DNA of 64,000 bases from Nitrospirales bacterium (GCA_963555755.3 OY820905.2:1120001-1184000), one strand, 5' to 3'; counted from the first letter of the stretch, positions 45,038-56,531 are shown. Numbers and translations: made by a program. Notes: a model not told the origin generated them from the sequence alone.

Positions 45038-45258
45038 CGGCTGATCATAAGCTTGAGATTCGGCTAATTGCAAGGTTCAATGTCGTCTAATTGCAAGGTT
45101 TAATATCGGCCAATTAAAAGTTTAGCTAGCGACATTGCCCCACGGACGAACAACTTATTGCGATAGGACTCCACATGTTACCCTACTGAGCAAAGGGTAT
45201 TGAGATGGGAGTGTGTGAGATTGCGCCATGCCCTGTGGTTGCCCTCGGATTGGGTGAC

Positions 45259-45686
45259 TATTTCTGGTTCATGGGCCGCGCAGATGACGTTGTCAAAGTC
45301 GCAGGGAACCGTATCGGTACTGCCGAAGTAGAAAGCGCGTTGGTCAGTCACGATGCCGTAGTCGAAGCCGCGGTGATCGGCAAACCTCACAAAACCGCCG
45401 GCGAGATGATCAAAGCCTTTGTGATTCTCAAACAAGGCCAAGAGGAAAGTTCAGACTTGATCAAGAGCCTTAAAGCACATGTCCAAACCGAACTCGGGAA
45501 AATCGCGGTTCCCAGAGAGGTCGAAATCGTCACATCGCTCCCCAAAACCCGCTCCGGCAAAATCATGCGCCGCGTCCTAAAAGCCAAAGAACTAGGCCAA
45601 GACCCCGGCGACATCTCGACCTTGGAAGAATAAACTCTCACAATAAAGAGCGAGTGGCGTTTGGGAATGCCACTCGCTCTTTTTTT
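45259..45686 (+). pseudogene. duplicated 3' end of acs plus its terminator
   Basis: Near-identical to 43195-43625 at an offset of 2064 bp. Confidence 0.92.
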
Positions 45687-45849
45687 AACTCAAAACTGCC
45701 ACTCCAATATCTAGCCATCATTCTCACGTAAATCAATCCCACTGTGGACGAAAGCATATATCCATTGGCGGCGTTCGCCGTTGCCCCTAAAATACATCAT
45801 TGCAAAACCAGATAACTTCCTCGAGGATTAGCGAATTTTCCAGTCATTG

Positions 45850-46110
45850 TTATCTCAGCAATTTGTCATATGCCGAGTGGCTCCCAATCCAGAACCACTG
45901 AACCCCATTTGTCACTGGAATACCGAGAGCACGGTAGTGGAGGCCAACCCGAACGCTGCGATAACGCCCTCCGCACACTAACTTGAAATGCAACGAAGGA
46001 TGCGCAGAATTCTGCTTGAGAAGTGCATAATTGAGACGGGCAAGATTTTGAATATCAGCAGGTAGTACCTCGAAGCACTTCCAGAACCTGCTAGAAGCAA
46101 AATGTTTCAA
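45850..46110 (-). CDS. RelE/ParE-like toxin
   Basis: FWKCFEVLP...HPSLHFK...SVRVGLHYRA...WIGSH. Confidence 0.8.
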   Translation of the reverse strand: MKHFASSRFWKCFEVLPADIQNLARLNYALLKQNSAHPSLHFKLVCGGRYRSVRVGLHYRALGIPVTNGVQWFWIGSHSAYDKLLR

Positions 46111-46307
46111 ATCTCGCGTGCTTTCCCGGCATTGAATTCGGTCAGAGCCTCGGAAGCTAGCGAATCAAGTTTTCCAGCAGCAGCATCAGCTTCAATTTGC
46201 ACATCCCAGGTTGCACCATCGAACTCTGCGAACCATTGGCGAAATTGGATGAGTTCTTCGGGCGAAAGTTTTGCTATCTCACGTTCAATGGATTCGACAA
46301 TCGTCAT
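46107..46307 (-). CDS. cognate antitoxin (putative)
   Basis: 66-aa acidic protein overlapping the toxin start. Confidence 0.7.
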   Translation of the reverse strand: MTIVESIEREIAKLSPEELIQFRQWFAEFDGATWDVQIEADAAAGKLDSLASEALTEFNAGKAREI

Positions 46308-46454
46308 GGCAAACTCCTATTTTGAGCATTGATTTGATATGTTGGACCTTACGGGGTTATCACCCAGACAGATGAGCGCGAAAAGGCCTCTCCAGCGGAT
46401 GGTTAGCGACGGACCACCCGATCCCGCTAAAACATGACTGAGGGTGTTAATGGC

Positions 46455-46523
46455 AACTTCATAGAACTCCACCGATTCCCGCATCTCCGCCCGTGCTTCC
46501 GGGTGGAAAATCGCTTCCTTCAC
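46455..46523 (-). pseudogene. truncated ParE/RelE toxin
   Basis: MKEAIFHPEARAEMRESVEFYE then unrelated sequence; compare 63352. Confidence 0.6.
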
Positions 46524-46777
46524 GAATGTTCTGACCTCAGCTCGGCAAACACCTCATGGGCCGGGATTCCTTGTACAGTACCAGTTTGGAGCTCCTGAAA
46601 ACGCCGTTCGGCTTCAGCGATCCACAGTTTTTCGATCTCCTCTGGCGACTCCGCGCTTTCCTCCAAGCTGGCCAGCAATTGCAGGGCAAGCCGTGCACGG
46701 TCCTCAGGGGAAAGTCGTAAAGCTTGGTCACCGATCTCAGCTAGAAAATACGCTATATCGTTCGTCTCCTCTCTCAC
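46520..46777 (-). CDS. addiction-module antitoxin component
   Basis: ALRLSPEDRARLA...W..EAERR...GIP pattern. Confidence 0.75.
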   Translation of the reverse strand: MREETNDIAYFLAEIGDQALRLSPEDRARLALQLLASLEESAESPEEIEKLWIAEAERRFQELQTGTVQGIPAHEVFAELRSEHS

Positions 46778-46899
46778 AAATGTATCATGGGATTTTAAAT
46801 CTCGCTAACAAAGTTCGCAACTGGGCTGGAGCCGAAGACGCGTCCGAGCAATTAGGGCAAAGCGGCCAAACCATAGTGCCGCAAGACCACTTAAGCGAG

Positions 46900-47082
46900 T
46901 TATTTGCCAGTGCGACGAAAATATAGAAGCGTCAGCAGACCTTGAACAACCAGAATAATAGATGCCAGCCATCGGTAAGGTTCGACGTCTTCTGATAGCG
47001 CGACGTGTATGGCGTGGGCCACGCCCAAAATGATCAGAAACACAGCCCCAAAGGATACAGCAGTCTTAAGCTTCTGAGTCAT
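46900..47082 (-). CDS. small two-TM membrane protein (cassette-like)
   Basis: 60 aa, GAGGA ribosome-binding site. Confidence 0.65.
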   Translation of the reverse strand: MTQKLKTAVSFGAVFLIILGVAHAIHVALSEDVEPYRWLASIILVVQGLLTLLYFRRTGK

Positions 47083-47138
47083 TACCGTTCCTCATCTTAA
47101 TGAATCAACCACAAACATGTTCCACGGCCCCGCTTTTG

Positions 47139-47522
47139 TTAGCCAGGTTTGTTTGCGGCATCACCCGAAACCCAATTCTTTGCTTGTTCCAACTCTTGAT
47201 AAGAAAATAGTTTGATTTCTGCATTCACAAAGTGACTAGCAACCGCTTCAGCGAAATTGCCAACCATCGAATCCGTTGAAATGGCCACACGGGATATCTT
47301 TCTATGATGTTCCTTAACAAATCGGAGGTGTGAAAATAATGCCGCAAATGAATCCCAACCCGGAAAGGACTTTGTATGAATAATAAGCCCATTCAACCGA
47401 CCAGCTTTATTAATGTAAGGATCAATGATCTTCGCAGCCAACTCGAAGTCGTGTTTCGATAAAGGCCCATCAGGCTCAAGAATCGCGATACCATTGACCT
47501 CATCAATTTCTACCGAAAGCAT
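47139..47522 (-). CDS. STAS/SEC14 (SpoIIAA-like) protein
   Basis: PDGPLSKHDF, FPGWDSFAAL, HHRKISRVA. Confidence 0.8.
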   Translation of the reverse strand: MLSVEIDEVNGIAILEPDGPLSKHDFELAAKIIDPYINKAGRLNGLIIHTKSFPGWDSFAALFSHLRFVKEHHRKISRVAISTDSMVGNFAEAVASHFVNAEIKLFSYQELEQAKNWVSGDAANKPG

Positions 47523-47547
47523 ATTTCCTAACTCCAAAATTTTCTTT

Positions 47548-47629
47548 AATTAACATTTCGGGTAAGTGGCCGAGCAATTACCGAGGGGAAAGCGACCAAC
47601 GAGAGCGAAACTTGACCCACTTGTTAGGC
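47548..47629 (-). other. integron attC site
   Basis: GCCTAAC-AAGT-GGGTCAAG...CTTACCC-GAAAT-GTTAATT; overlaps the upstream stop codon. Confidence 0.7.
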
Positions 47630-48381
47630 TTCCGAAATTGGCAATACAACACTTGTTTGAACCCTTTCAGGATTCCACCATATTCCGCCTCCGAGTTTGT
47701 AGTGCTCAGTGATTGTTTTCAGTTGCTCTGTATGTGTTTCAAATATTGTAAACCTAAATTCTTTTGAAATGCTTGCAAAGTCCTTGGAAGTCGTTACATT
47801 GACATTCATTAGATATTCACCTGACTGCCAAATAAATTTTGAATTAAAGAACTCAAATGCCCGAGATACCAATTCTTTAGGATGTTCGAGCGAGTTCCCT
47901 CTTTTGTTTCCAGTTCCTTTGCCTTTGCTCTATAGTCTGCAATCATATCTCCCTCAATATCTTGATATTTTTTTTCATCTACTCGATCAAATAAATTAAG
48001 AAAGTTTGCTATATGTGCCCATTCTTGATTCGGGACTAAAGAAAAAGTAGTAAACAATAAAGTGTTTTGGTCATTTTGATTTTGCAAATAATTTTGCGCG
48101 GGCAGTAAAAATAATACTTTCCCGTCTCGTGAGAGAGAAACGCAAATATCTTTGATTCGTATATTACGGCCACCTATATTAGTAATTATAAGATGTAACA
48201 TTAAATTAGGATTACCAACTTTATGTGTAATAGAAATTTTTGAATAAACCTCTAGGTCGAGTTTTGCCTTTTTAACTAACTCCTTAATTGGAGGAATTTG
48301 CGATAAAAGGACAGCAATGAAGGCCACAATGACAGCCCAAAATGACCAATCAAGATATAACGGAATTTCAGTTCCTTGCAT
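47624..48381 (-). pseudogene. AT-rich cassette gene with a frameshift near 47895
   Basis: Two overlapping ORFs; GTTAGAC core site at 48406-48412 just before the ribosome-binding site. Confidence 0.65.
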
Positions 48382-48650
48382 AATCGTAATTTCCTCTACT
48401 TGATAGTCTAACCAAAGATTATCTGGTTCTGTGTAAGATCCCACTTCATTGGTTCTGAAGTATAAGCCCTTTGAAGTTGTCAAACAATTAAAAGGATCAC
48501 CCATTGTTCCAGAAATTCTTTGTAGTCTTATCACACGTACTCCGTTATTTTTGACGATCTAATAGGGTTCACCCTGCAGTCTCATAGCAACCGACCAGAT
48601 CCTTCGTTCCACTCAGGATGACAAACAAAGGTGAAACAGGAAGGCTAAAG

Positions 48651-48853
48651 ATTTTCTCTCGCCTTCGGGCGCGGCTGAGCTTCCGTACCGAATCGACTTC
48701 TCGGCGAGGGCTGTTTGAGCGCAGCGAGTTCCCGAGCCATCTTGATTCGGGACGGGGGCAAAGGGACCCCAAAAGGGGCCGCGCACGGGCGAAAATGGTT
48801 TTGGGTCCTTTTGCCGAAACAAAGGGATCTCGTCGCACGGGGACGAAACCCCG
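48651..48853. repeat. structured repeat family G, copy 1
   Basis: ~200 bp, several hairpins, no TIRs; second copy at 62765. Confidence 0.8.
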
Positions 48854-49245
48854 TAAAAAAGTAACTAGCGGGCGGCACCCACCCTGCAAATTTTTGAAAG
48901 GGAAATTTCGGAAAAAAGGAAGGTCTGCCAGTAAGAGGGTTCTAATAAAGATCCCCGCCGCAAGCAACGGAGTATTTTATGGAAACCGAATGTTTAGAAA
49001 ATCCCCCTAACCCCCTTTTCCAAAGGGGGGACTTCAATGGCAACCCCGTCACAAAGCACCGGAGAATAACGAGATTCACAGTCATCAGATTCGTAATCCG
49101 GAAGAGCGGAAAAGGTGGCGGGCACTTTATCGATAATGTTTTTCGGTCATCGAGTCCTGTGGGAACAGCTTAATGACATCGGCAACAATCGACTGTTTGC
49201 AATGTAGCGATTCGTAGCAGAATGATATCCACTTCGATCGGGGTG

Positions 49246-49671
49246 TTAACCGTCAATTTCCAAGCCTTGATCTTGACACCATTGTCGAAGGGCTTCCTTT
49301 CCAGCACGTTCATCGTATTCAAACCACTCCTTCAACAACCCGCGAGAGTCGAGTAAGTCCTTAAATCGGGAGTACGCGCCGCGTCGCCTGAATATATCCT
49401 GCACATCCGCCAAGTCGTCTGGCATACATTCAGATACGAATTGTAAGACAAGCTGCTTGCCTAAGCCTAGGTCATTTTTATGCGGAAGCGATAGGTACTT
49501 TCCTGGTTCATCGATATCCTCAGGAAGCGGTTCGGTATCGCCGTATTCACTGTGAAAATGGATTTCACCCGTCTCTAAGGAGAGGAAAGCCTCCAGTTCC
49601 ATCGGCGCTCCAAAACTTACAAAATTAAAACCGTCTTCGATATCGTCAAACTTAAATGATCGTCCGCTCAT
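49246..49671 (-). CDS. UPF0158-family protein
   Basis: FLSLETGEI, FRRRGAYSRFKD, W...W pattern. Confidence 0.75.
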   Translation of the reverse strand: MSGRSFKFDDIEDGFNFVSFGAPMELEAFLSLETGEIHFHSEYGDTEPLPEDIDEPGKYLSLPHKNDLGLGKQLVLQFVSECMPDDLADVQDIFRRRGAYSRFKDLLDSRGLLKEWFEYDERAGKEALRQWCQDQGLEIDG

Positions 49672-49746
49672 TATTAATAACTCACAGCGTCCGCGATTGA
49701 ACTGTCAAACGAAGCCTCGATTCCCCAAACGGTGGCCTCAACCACG

Positions 49747-50031
49747 TTAACCGGCGCGGGCCACTTTGGCGCGGGTCCGGGTTGAGCGTGAAGTTCGAGG
49801 TTGTGAATGATGCTCCACATACGCGTCGAGCAACCGCCGGATCATGCGCTGATACTGAGTATTATGTTTCCGGGCCTCACCCTTGAAAAACTCGACGCTT
49901 CTCTTGCTCAACGCAATGGTGACTTTGACTCCTTCATCTCGATAGACGAGTTCCTCTGGACGAGGAAGGAAGTCAGGAACGACCTTGAGGTTTCCGAGAG
50001 GTTCGTCTGTGTATTTGATTTTCCCGCTCAT
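49747..50031 (-). CDS. BrnA/CopG-like antitoxin
   Basis: DFLPRPEEL, KVTIALS, YQRMIRRLLD. Confidence 0.78.
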   Translation of the reverse strand: MSGKIKYTDEPLGNLKVVPDFLPRPEELVYRDEGVKVTIALSKRSVEFFKGEARKHNTQYQRMIRRLLDAYVEHHSQPRTSRSTRTRAKVARAG

Positions 50032-50293
50032 ATATTTGCCTCCCTTTTCGCCAGTAACCGGCTCCGAAAATCCGAATGATATTATTGCGAAACGTAAAGC
50101 GCACGGTCAGGACACCCCCCTCGACCCAGCCAAAGCAATATTGCCGCTTTTCGCTTGAGCTATGAGACATGTCTGCCGCCAGCACACGGCGTTGATCAGC
50201 AAAAGCCAACTGGGCCTTGGCGAAAGAGATTCCATGTTTCTCTTGGTTGTCCTGATCTTTTTTCGCATTCCACTCGAATCGAGCCTTTCCCAT
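49973..50293 (-). CDS. BrnT-family toxin
   Basis: FEWN..K...N.EKHGISF, IRIFGA. Confidence 0.85.
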   Translation of the reverse strand: MGKARFEWNAKKDQDNQEKHGISFAKAQLAFADQRRVLAADMSHSSSEKRQYCFGWVEGGVLTVRFTFRNNIIRIFGAGYWRKGRQIYERENQIHRRTSRKPQGRS

Positions 50294-50549
50294 TGGTAAA
50301 GATTAACACGAGGACACTAGAATAGCCATACATTTATATGGGTATTTGAGAGGCGCATGGGATTCTCTAAAAATATCTACAGCTGAGCTGGGAACCGAAG
50401 GCTCGTGGATTCTTGCTGGGAGTTCGCCCCTCACAGGGGCTGGAGAGTAGCCTGCGCGCAAACCTTTTTGAGCCGGCGTCCCTTTTTGCTTTATTCAAAC
50501 AGGGAGAGAGACTCTTTGAGGTAACGTGGGATTAGCCAAAAGAAAGATT

Positions 50550-51371
50550 CTACTCAACGTCGTCAGATTCGTAATCCGAATCCACATCTTGCAAAATACC
50601 TTTTCCAAGCTCGACCACTTCAGGATCCGAATCATTCAAGGCATTTTGCAAAATCGCATGGGCAGCCTCTTCATCACGAGAGGCTAGTACCACAATGGCT
50701 TCCATGCGTTGTTCGGGGTTGGGATCGTTGGTGATAATTTTCGCAATTTGATCGACAGGAATGGGGCCTTCGGCCTCGCCTAATAATTCCAACGCCAGTC
50801 CCCGCACTTCGGGACTGCGATCTTGCAAGGCTTGCACTATGGTGGATATGGCCTTTTCTTCATCTTCGCTACTCAGTAACTCCAGGGCCAAGGAACGCGC
50901 CTCAGGGTCTTCACCATCGATGGCTTGATGCTGAAGTTCTTCATCTGACAACTCTTCCTGTTCTACTGGTTCGCTTGAGGGAACCGCTTGTCGACGTTCG
51001 CGCCATTCGCCATCATTCGATGACTCACCACGTGCCCACACATAGAGGTCTCGATCGGTCAATACATAATTGGTGTTGGCCAGTAATCGGTCCAGCCCCT
51101 GACGTACCGGGACCTCTTTGACCGTCAGTGTCACAAGCGTGCCTTCAAAACCCGGAGCCACATGACTCGTCAGGAACAAGGCTTGGGCAACCTGCTCAAC
51201 CACATCGACCAAAGGCGCATCGTGAAGCCGCAGAGTCATTTGATCATGATCGACAGCAATCTGAAGATCAGGCGCGCCGGCATGAACCAGGGAAATTTGG
51301 TTTCCTTGCCCCCAAACCACCACGAGGGTCAACAGGATAAGAATGATCAACTGGCCTGACCTTTTTTTCAC
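50550..51371 (-). CDS. exported HEAT-repeat protein
   Basis: Signal peptide, secretin-N-like segment, ALQDRSPEVR and ALNDSDPEV repeats. Confidence 0.75.
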   Translation of the reverse strand: MKKRSGQLIILILLTLVVVWGQGNQISLVHAGAPDLQIAVDHDQMTLRLHDAPLVDVVEQVAQALFLTSHVAPGFEGTLVTLTVKEVPVRQGLDRLLANTNYVLTDRDLYVWARGESSNDGEWRERRQAVPSSEPVEQEELSDEELQHQAIDGEDPEARSLALELLSSEDEEKAISTIVQALQDRSPEVRGLALELLGEAEGPIPVDQIAKIITNDPNPEQRMEAIVVLASRDEEAAHAILQNALNDSDPEVVELGKGILQDVDSDYESDDVE

Positions 51372-51402
51372 TGGCTTCTCTTCTTCCCGGATTAACTCTA
51401 AA

Positions 51403-51543
51403 GGGCACCTCTAAAAACCGTCCTTTTCCGCGATGGCGGCGTCAGCCGCGTGCTCAAAGCCTCATGTATTCGCCCATACACTCCGGTTTTCCGCGCGCGG
51501 CTTCCTTGCCCTCACAAAAAATGCCGGGTTTTTAGAGGTGCCC
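51403..51543. mobile_element. MITE family C, copy 2
   Basis: Same TIRs; flanked by TAAA on both sides. Confidence 0.85.
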
Positions 51544-51753
51544 TAAATTATTCAGGCGCAGTAAAGAAACACCACTTCCTCCCAACAACCAAATTCTACC
51601 ATTTGATGGACTCACTCTTCACCCCCCTCACTAGAGAGGAAGCGATCTATGACGTAGTGAAGGGGCATGTTGAATATTTCAGGTTCATGGCCCATAAATT
51701 CTCTGGAAAAGACCGCGTGCACCAATGGGAGGAAATGTTCAAAAAAGCATGCC

Positions 51754-52971
<1,218 letters not shown>

Positions 52972-53304
52972 GTCTTTCCGAAGGGTCCGTCCAGCAAAGC
53001 AGCAGCCATTTTGACGCGCGGAGCGTACTCTTAGTACCTGAGCACGGCAAAAGGGCGACCTACCTACGCGAAGCCGCTTCAGCAGGCATGGAACCGCTGG
53101 CTTGTCAGCCGTAGCCTTGGCGAAGGTTGGCGGCTTTTTTCAACATTCCCTGAAGGAAAAAGAGTCCGTGGTCCGGATAAACGCTACCCAAGACAATGAG
53201 GTTCAAAAAGATCCAGGGAGTCAGCCGCACGATTGGACTGGGGGAAAGGAATCATCAAGAAAGATTTCGCACATCCGTATGAAATAACTGGAAGAAAATT
53301 TCCG

Positions 53305-53517
53305 CTAGGGATTTTTCTCCATGGGATAATAATACCTTTTGGGAGGTTCCGGTATCTTCCCCTTGACGTGCGACGGCTTTACCATAGGCTCGCAGGTCAC
53401 TAAGGTCGCACAACTCCATTCGTAGAATTGCACGATGAGCCAAAGCCCGAGAGGAATAACCACCGCGACAGACATCGCAAAAAATAAGGCACGCATTGGA
53501 ACCGAAAGTTTTATCAT
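53305..53517 (-). CDS. small membrane protein
   Basis: 70 aa with one TM segment. Confidence 0.55.
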   Translation of the reverse strand: MIKLSVPMRALFFAMSVAVVIPLGLWLIVQFYEWSCATLVTCEPMVKPSHVKGKIPEPPKRYYYPMEKNP

Positions 53518-53607
53518 GACTAGCTTTTCAAGTTAGGAGGGAATTTCAAGAATTCCGCAGTTTAGTTTTTTGCATGGAAGATTTATCAATCAACTCACTA
53601 GTCCCCA

Positions 53608-53724
53608 AGATGTTCAAAAAATCCACCCAGCAAGGCCGCAGAAACTTTGGTGCCCGGAGCGTACATCGGTACGTGAGGACAACAAAGTTCCGAGAACGCC
53701 GCTGGTGGGTTTTTTCAACATCCC
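53608..53724. repeat. diverged short E-like palindromic repeat
   Basis: GATGTTCAAAAAA...TTTTTTCAACATC with GGAGCGTAC..GTACGTGAG core. Confidence 0.75.
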
Positions 53725-53725
53725 G

Positions 53726-54382
53726 TTAAAGCAACCCTCGCTTCTGCAAATAGTCCCGGTCAATAACTGGGGCCGGTGGTTTGGCTAGCTGCCCGGCATT
53801 TTGCATGAGTCGTTCCACGTACTTGCCAATCAAGTCCGATTCTATATTCACCGAATCGCCAGGTTGCTTTAGGCCCAACGTCGTCACCTTAGCGGTGTGG
53901 GGTATAACCACGACTGACACGGTTTTATCCGACACATGATTTATCGTGAGACTCACACCATCCACTGTGATGGATCCTTTTTGAATGCAATATCGAAGAA
54001 TTGATTCAGGAACCTCAAAAGTCAGAATTATGGAATTGCCATCTTGTTGCCGTTCGCGCAATATGCCCACTCCATCAACGTGTCCGGACACCAAATGCCC
54101 CCCGATTCGCTCATTCAACTTCATGGCACGTTCGAGATTCACCGCCGCCCCCGCGGCAAGCCCTCCGAGATTCGTCACATTCAACGTCTCCACAGACACA
54201 TCAACCACGAAATCGCGGTCATTAATATCCGCAGCGGTCAGACACACACCAGATACGCTGACGCTTTCCCCCAGATTCAGATCGTCTAACGTGACATCCG
54301 CAAAAATGGAAAGCCGGGCGCCACTGAGGTTTCGTTCAAAGGTTTTGACCACCCCCAGTTCCTCGACGATCCCGCTAAACAT
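53726..54382 (-). CDS. ribE: riboflavin synthase (alpha chain)
   Basis: MFSGIV, GVCLT, VNLERA, GGHLVSGHVDG, KGSITVDGVSLT. Confidence 0.96.
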   Translation of the reverse strand: MFSGIVEELGVVKTFERNLSGARLSIFADVTLDDLNLGESVSVSGVCLTAADINDRDFVVDVSVETLNVTNLGGLAAGAAVNLERAMKLNERIGGHLVSGHVDGVGILRERQQDGNSIILTFEVPESILRYCIQKGSITVDGVSLTINHVSDKTVSVVVIPHTAKVTTLGLKQPGDSVNIESDLIGKYVERLMQNAGQLAKPPAPVIDRDYLQKRGLL

Positions 54383-54509
54383 CCTTGTCATCCTTCTTTT
54401 CAAGAAACACCATTCGTACCACCCAAATGAAGACCACCACTAACACCACCACCCCGACTGTCGCGAGCGCAGCAATCACCATATTGGCTGTGGTCATACC
54501 GTCTTCCAT
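54375..54509 (-). CDS. 44-aa single-TM small protein (not in ORF track)
   Basis: MEDGMTTANMVIAALATVGVVVLVVVFIWVVRMVFLEKKDDKDV; stop overlaps the ribE start. Confidence 0.6.
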   Translation of the reverse strand: MEDGMTTANMVIAALATVGVVVLVVVFIWVVRMVFLEKKDDKDV

Positions 54510-54544
54510 CTATCCCAAGCACTTCTTCATGATGAGCGACCTTA

Positions 54545-54701
54545 GGGTTCGCGCCAGAATAACTTCCCCTGTTTGGGCGTCGATCCATCCCGTCTGTCGG
54601 CGTTGCTCGTCCTTTCCATACGAGGAGTATGCGCAGTCCTCGCGCCTTGTCAGACAGGTGTCTCAGCACCCAAACAGGGGAAGTTATTCTGGCGCGAACC
54701 C
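54545..54701. mobile_element. MITE family B, copy 4
   Basis: Perfect TIRs; abuts the MFS stop codon. Confidence 0.85.
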
Positions 54702-55892
54702 TCAACTCGGCTGAATTGCGGTTTGCCGAAATGTGATCATCCCAAATCCCAAAGCTGCCAGGAACTGAAGAGCCCCGATGAGCATGAAGGCTCCAGTATA
54801 ACTGATTGCGGCCACCAGCACACCCGCGAGTATTGGACCACTGGCATGGCCAATGTCCATAATGGTTCCACGCAATCCCATCCCCGCGCCAATATTTTCC
54901 GGTGCCGCCAGATCCGCGATTAACGCCGCGGATGACGAGGTAATTACGGCCTCCCCAAATCCAAACCCTGCAGCCAGAAATAACAGAGGCAGGAATTCCG
55001 TGGCATGGGGTATGCCCATGATCGTCGCCCCACAAATGACCAGACCAAGAGTGATGAGCGGTTGTCGCCCAACCTGATCCGAAATTCGACCCATGACAGG
55101 TTTGGACACAAATGACGTCAGGCCTTGAATCCCAAACAACAGGCCGCTTTCTGCCAGGCTCAAACCAAGAGACAGGGCATACAGGGGCAAGAACGCCATG
55201 AGTGTGCCATTGGCCATCATCTTGGCGGCTTCTGCCCCGCTGGTGGCCAGCATTTGTGTATTCCCAATGACGGTTTTCAACCCTTGTCGCAAATTGACCC
55301 AAACTTCCCGAGCGTCAATTCTGGTGGTCGGCGTTCCTTCCGGGTGCACAAACAAAATGGTCACATACAGGACCAACGCCAGCAGACCAAACACTCCCCC
55401 GGCGAGAAATGTCTGAGCAAACCCCACCGTATCCACGAGCCATCCACCAAGCATTGGCCCTAATAGCGCGCCTCCCTGTGCCGCCGAGGTATACCAGCCC
55501 AATGCCGCTCCACGATTCACGGGATACATCGAAGCTACAGAGGCGAGGACCAAAGGCGTAAACACCGCCGTGGCCAACCCATGGACCACCCGCAATCCAG
55601 CCAGCACATCGAGGTCGGTCACCAAAGGATACGCAAACGGCGGCAGCGCAAACGCCAACACGCCAAACAACATCAGCCGACGACGGCTCAGAATATCCGA
55701 AAGAGCACCCATCGGCAATTTGAGGAAGACTCCGGTCATTGTCGATGCCGCGACAATAAAACCCACTGCCACTGGGCCTGCGCCCAAGGTTTCGGCAAAC
55801 GGTGCCAATGCCGGCATGCGGACAAGGTTGTAACTCATGAATGAGCAAAACCCAACTCCACATAGAATGAGAAAGACAGGAGTGGGACTCAT
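54702..55892 (-). CDS. MFS transporter
   Basis: ~12 TM segments; GALSDILSRR and GRISDQVGR motifs. Confidence 0.92.
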   Translation of the reverse strand: MSPTPVFLILCGVGFCSFMSYNLVRMPALAPFAETLGAGPVAVGFIVAASTMTGVFLKLPMGALSDILSRRRLMLFGVLAFALPPFAYPLVTDLDVLAGLRVVHGLATAVFTPLVLASVASMYPVNRGAALGWYTSAAQGGALLGPMLGGWLVDTVGFAQTFLAGGVFGLLALVLYVTILFVHPEGTPTTRIDAREVWVNLRQGLKTVIGNTQMLATSGAEAAKMMANGTLMAFLPLYALSLGLSLAESGLLFGIQGLTSFVSKPVMGRISDQVGRQPLITLGLVICGATIMGIPHATEFLPLLFLAAGFGFGEAVITSSSAALIADLAAPENIGAGMGLRGTIMDIGHASGPILAGVLVAAISYTGAFMLIGALQFLAALGFGMITFRQTAIQPS

Positions 55893-56224
55893 CCTCGACG
55901 TCCTGACTTCAGCTCTCCTCGCAAACCCACGATAATGTATCTAATCATTCTATTCACAAAAAAGGTAATACCTGAAATTGAGTCGAGAGAACCAAGCAAG
56001 TTCTAGGAGCCTGCCCGAAATGAGGGGCAACACGGCATGACGCTTTGATCAGGCGGAATGAAATCTTCTGATAGGACGCTAGCACTAGGCTCAAAAACCT
56101 GTCAAACTCTTGTCCATCCTACGATTCGGTCTCACACACCTCACCATGAAACGTCCAACAGCACTCTTCATCCTCTTAGGCAGTGTGATCCCAACACTAA
56201 TTTTGCCAGACTCCAAATCGCCTA

Positions 56225-56531
56225 GGAGCCTGTCCGAGATTAGCGATCGTCACGAGGATGTGCGGGTTTGAGTCAGATGTTTCGATCGTGTGAGGCGAAT
56301 AGTGGGACTATTCAACGAAAACAGGGAAGGTTGAAAACGGCCGTCCAGCAAGGCCGCAGGGCTTTTGGCGCGCGGAGCGTACACGGAGTACGTGAGCACG
56401 CCAAAAGCCCGAGAACGCAGCTGGCGGCCTTTTTCAACCTTCCCCGAATTCAACCTTCCCCGAAAAGGATCGGAAGATCTGGCCACATCCAGCGCCTCCG
56501 CAGTAGATCCGTCTAATCTTGGACAGGCTCC
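56225..56531. mobile_element. MITE family F with nested E-like element, copy 2
   Basis: TIRs GGAGCCTGTCC / GGACAGGCTCC; inner end TTCAACCTTCCCCGAA duplicated. Confidence 0.8.
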
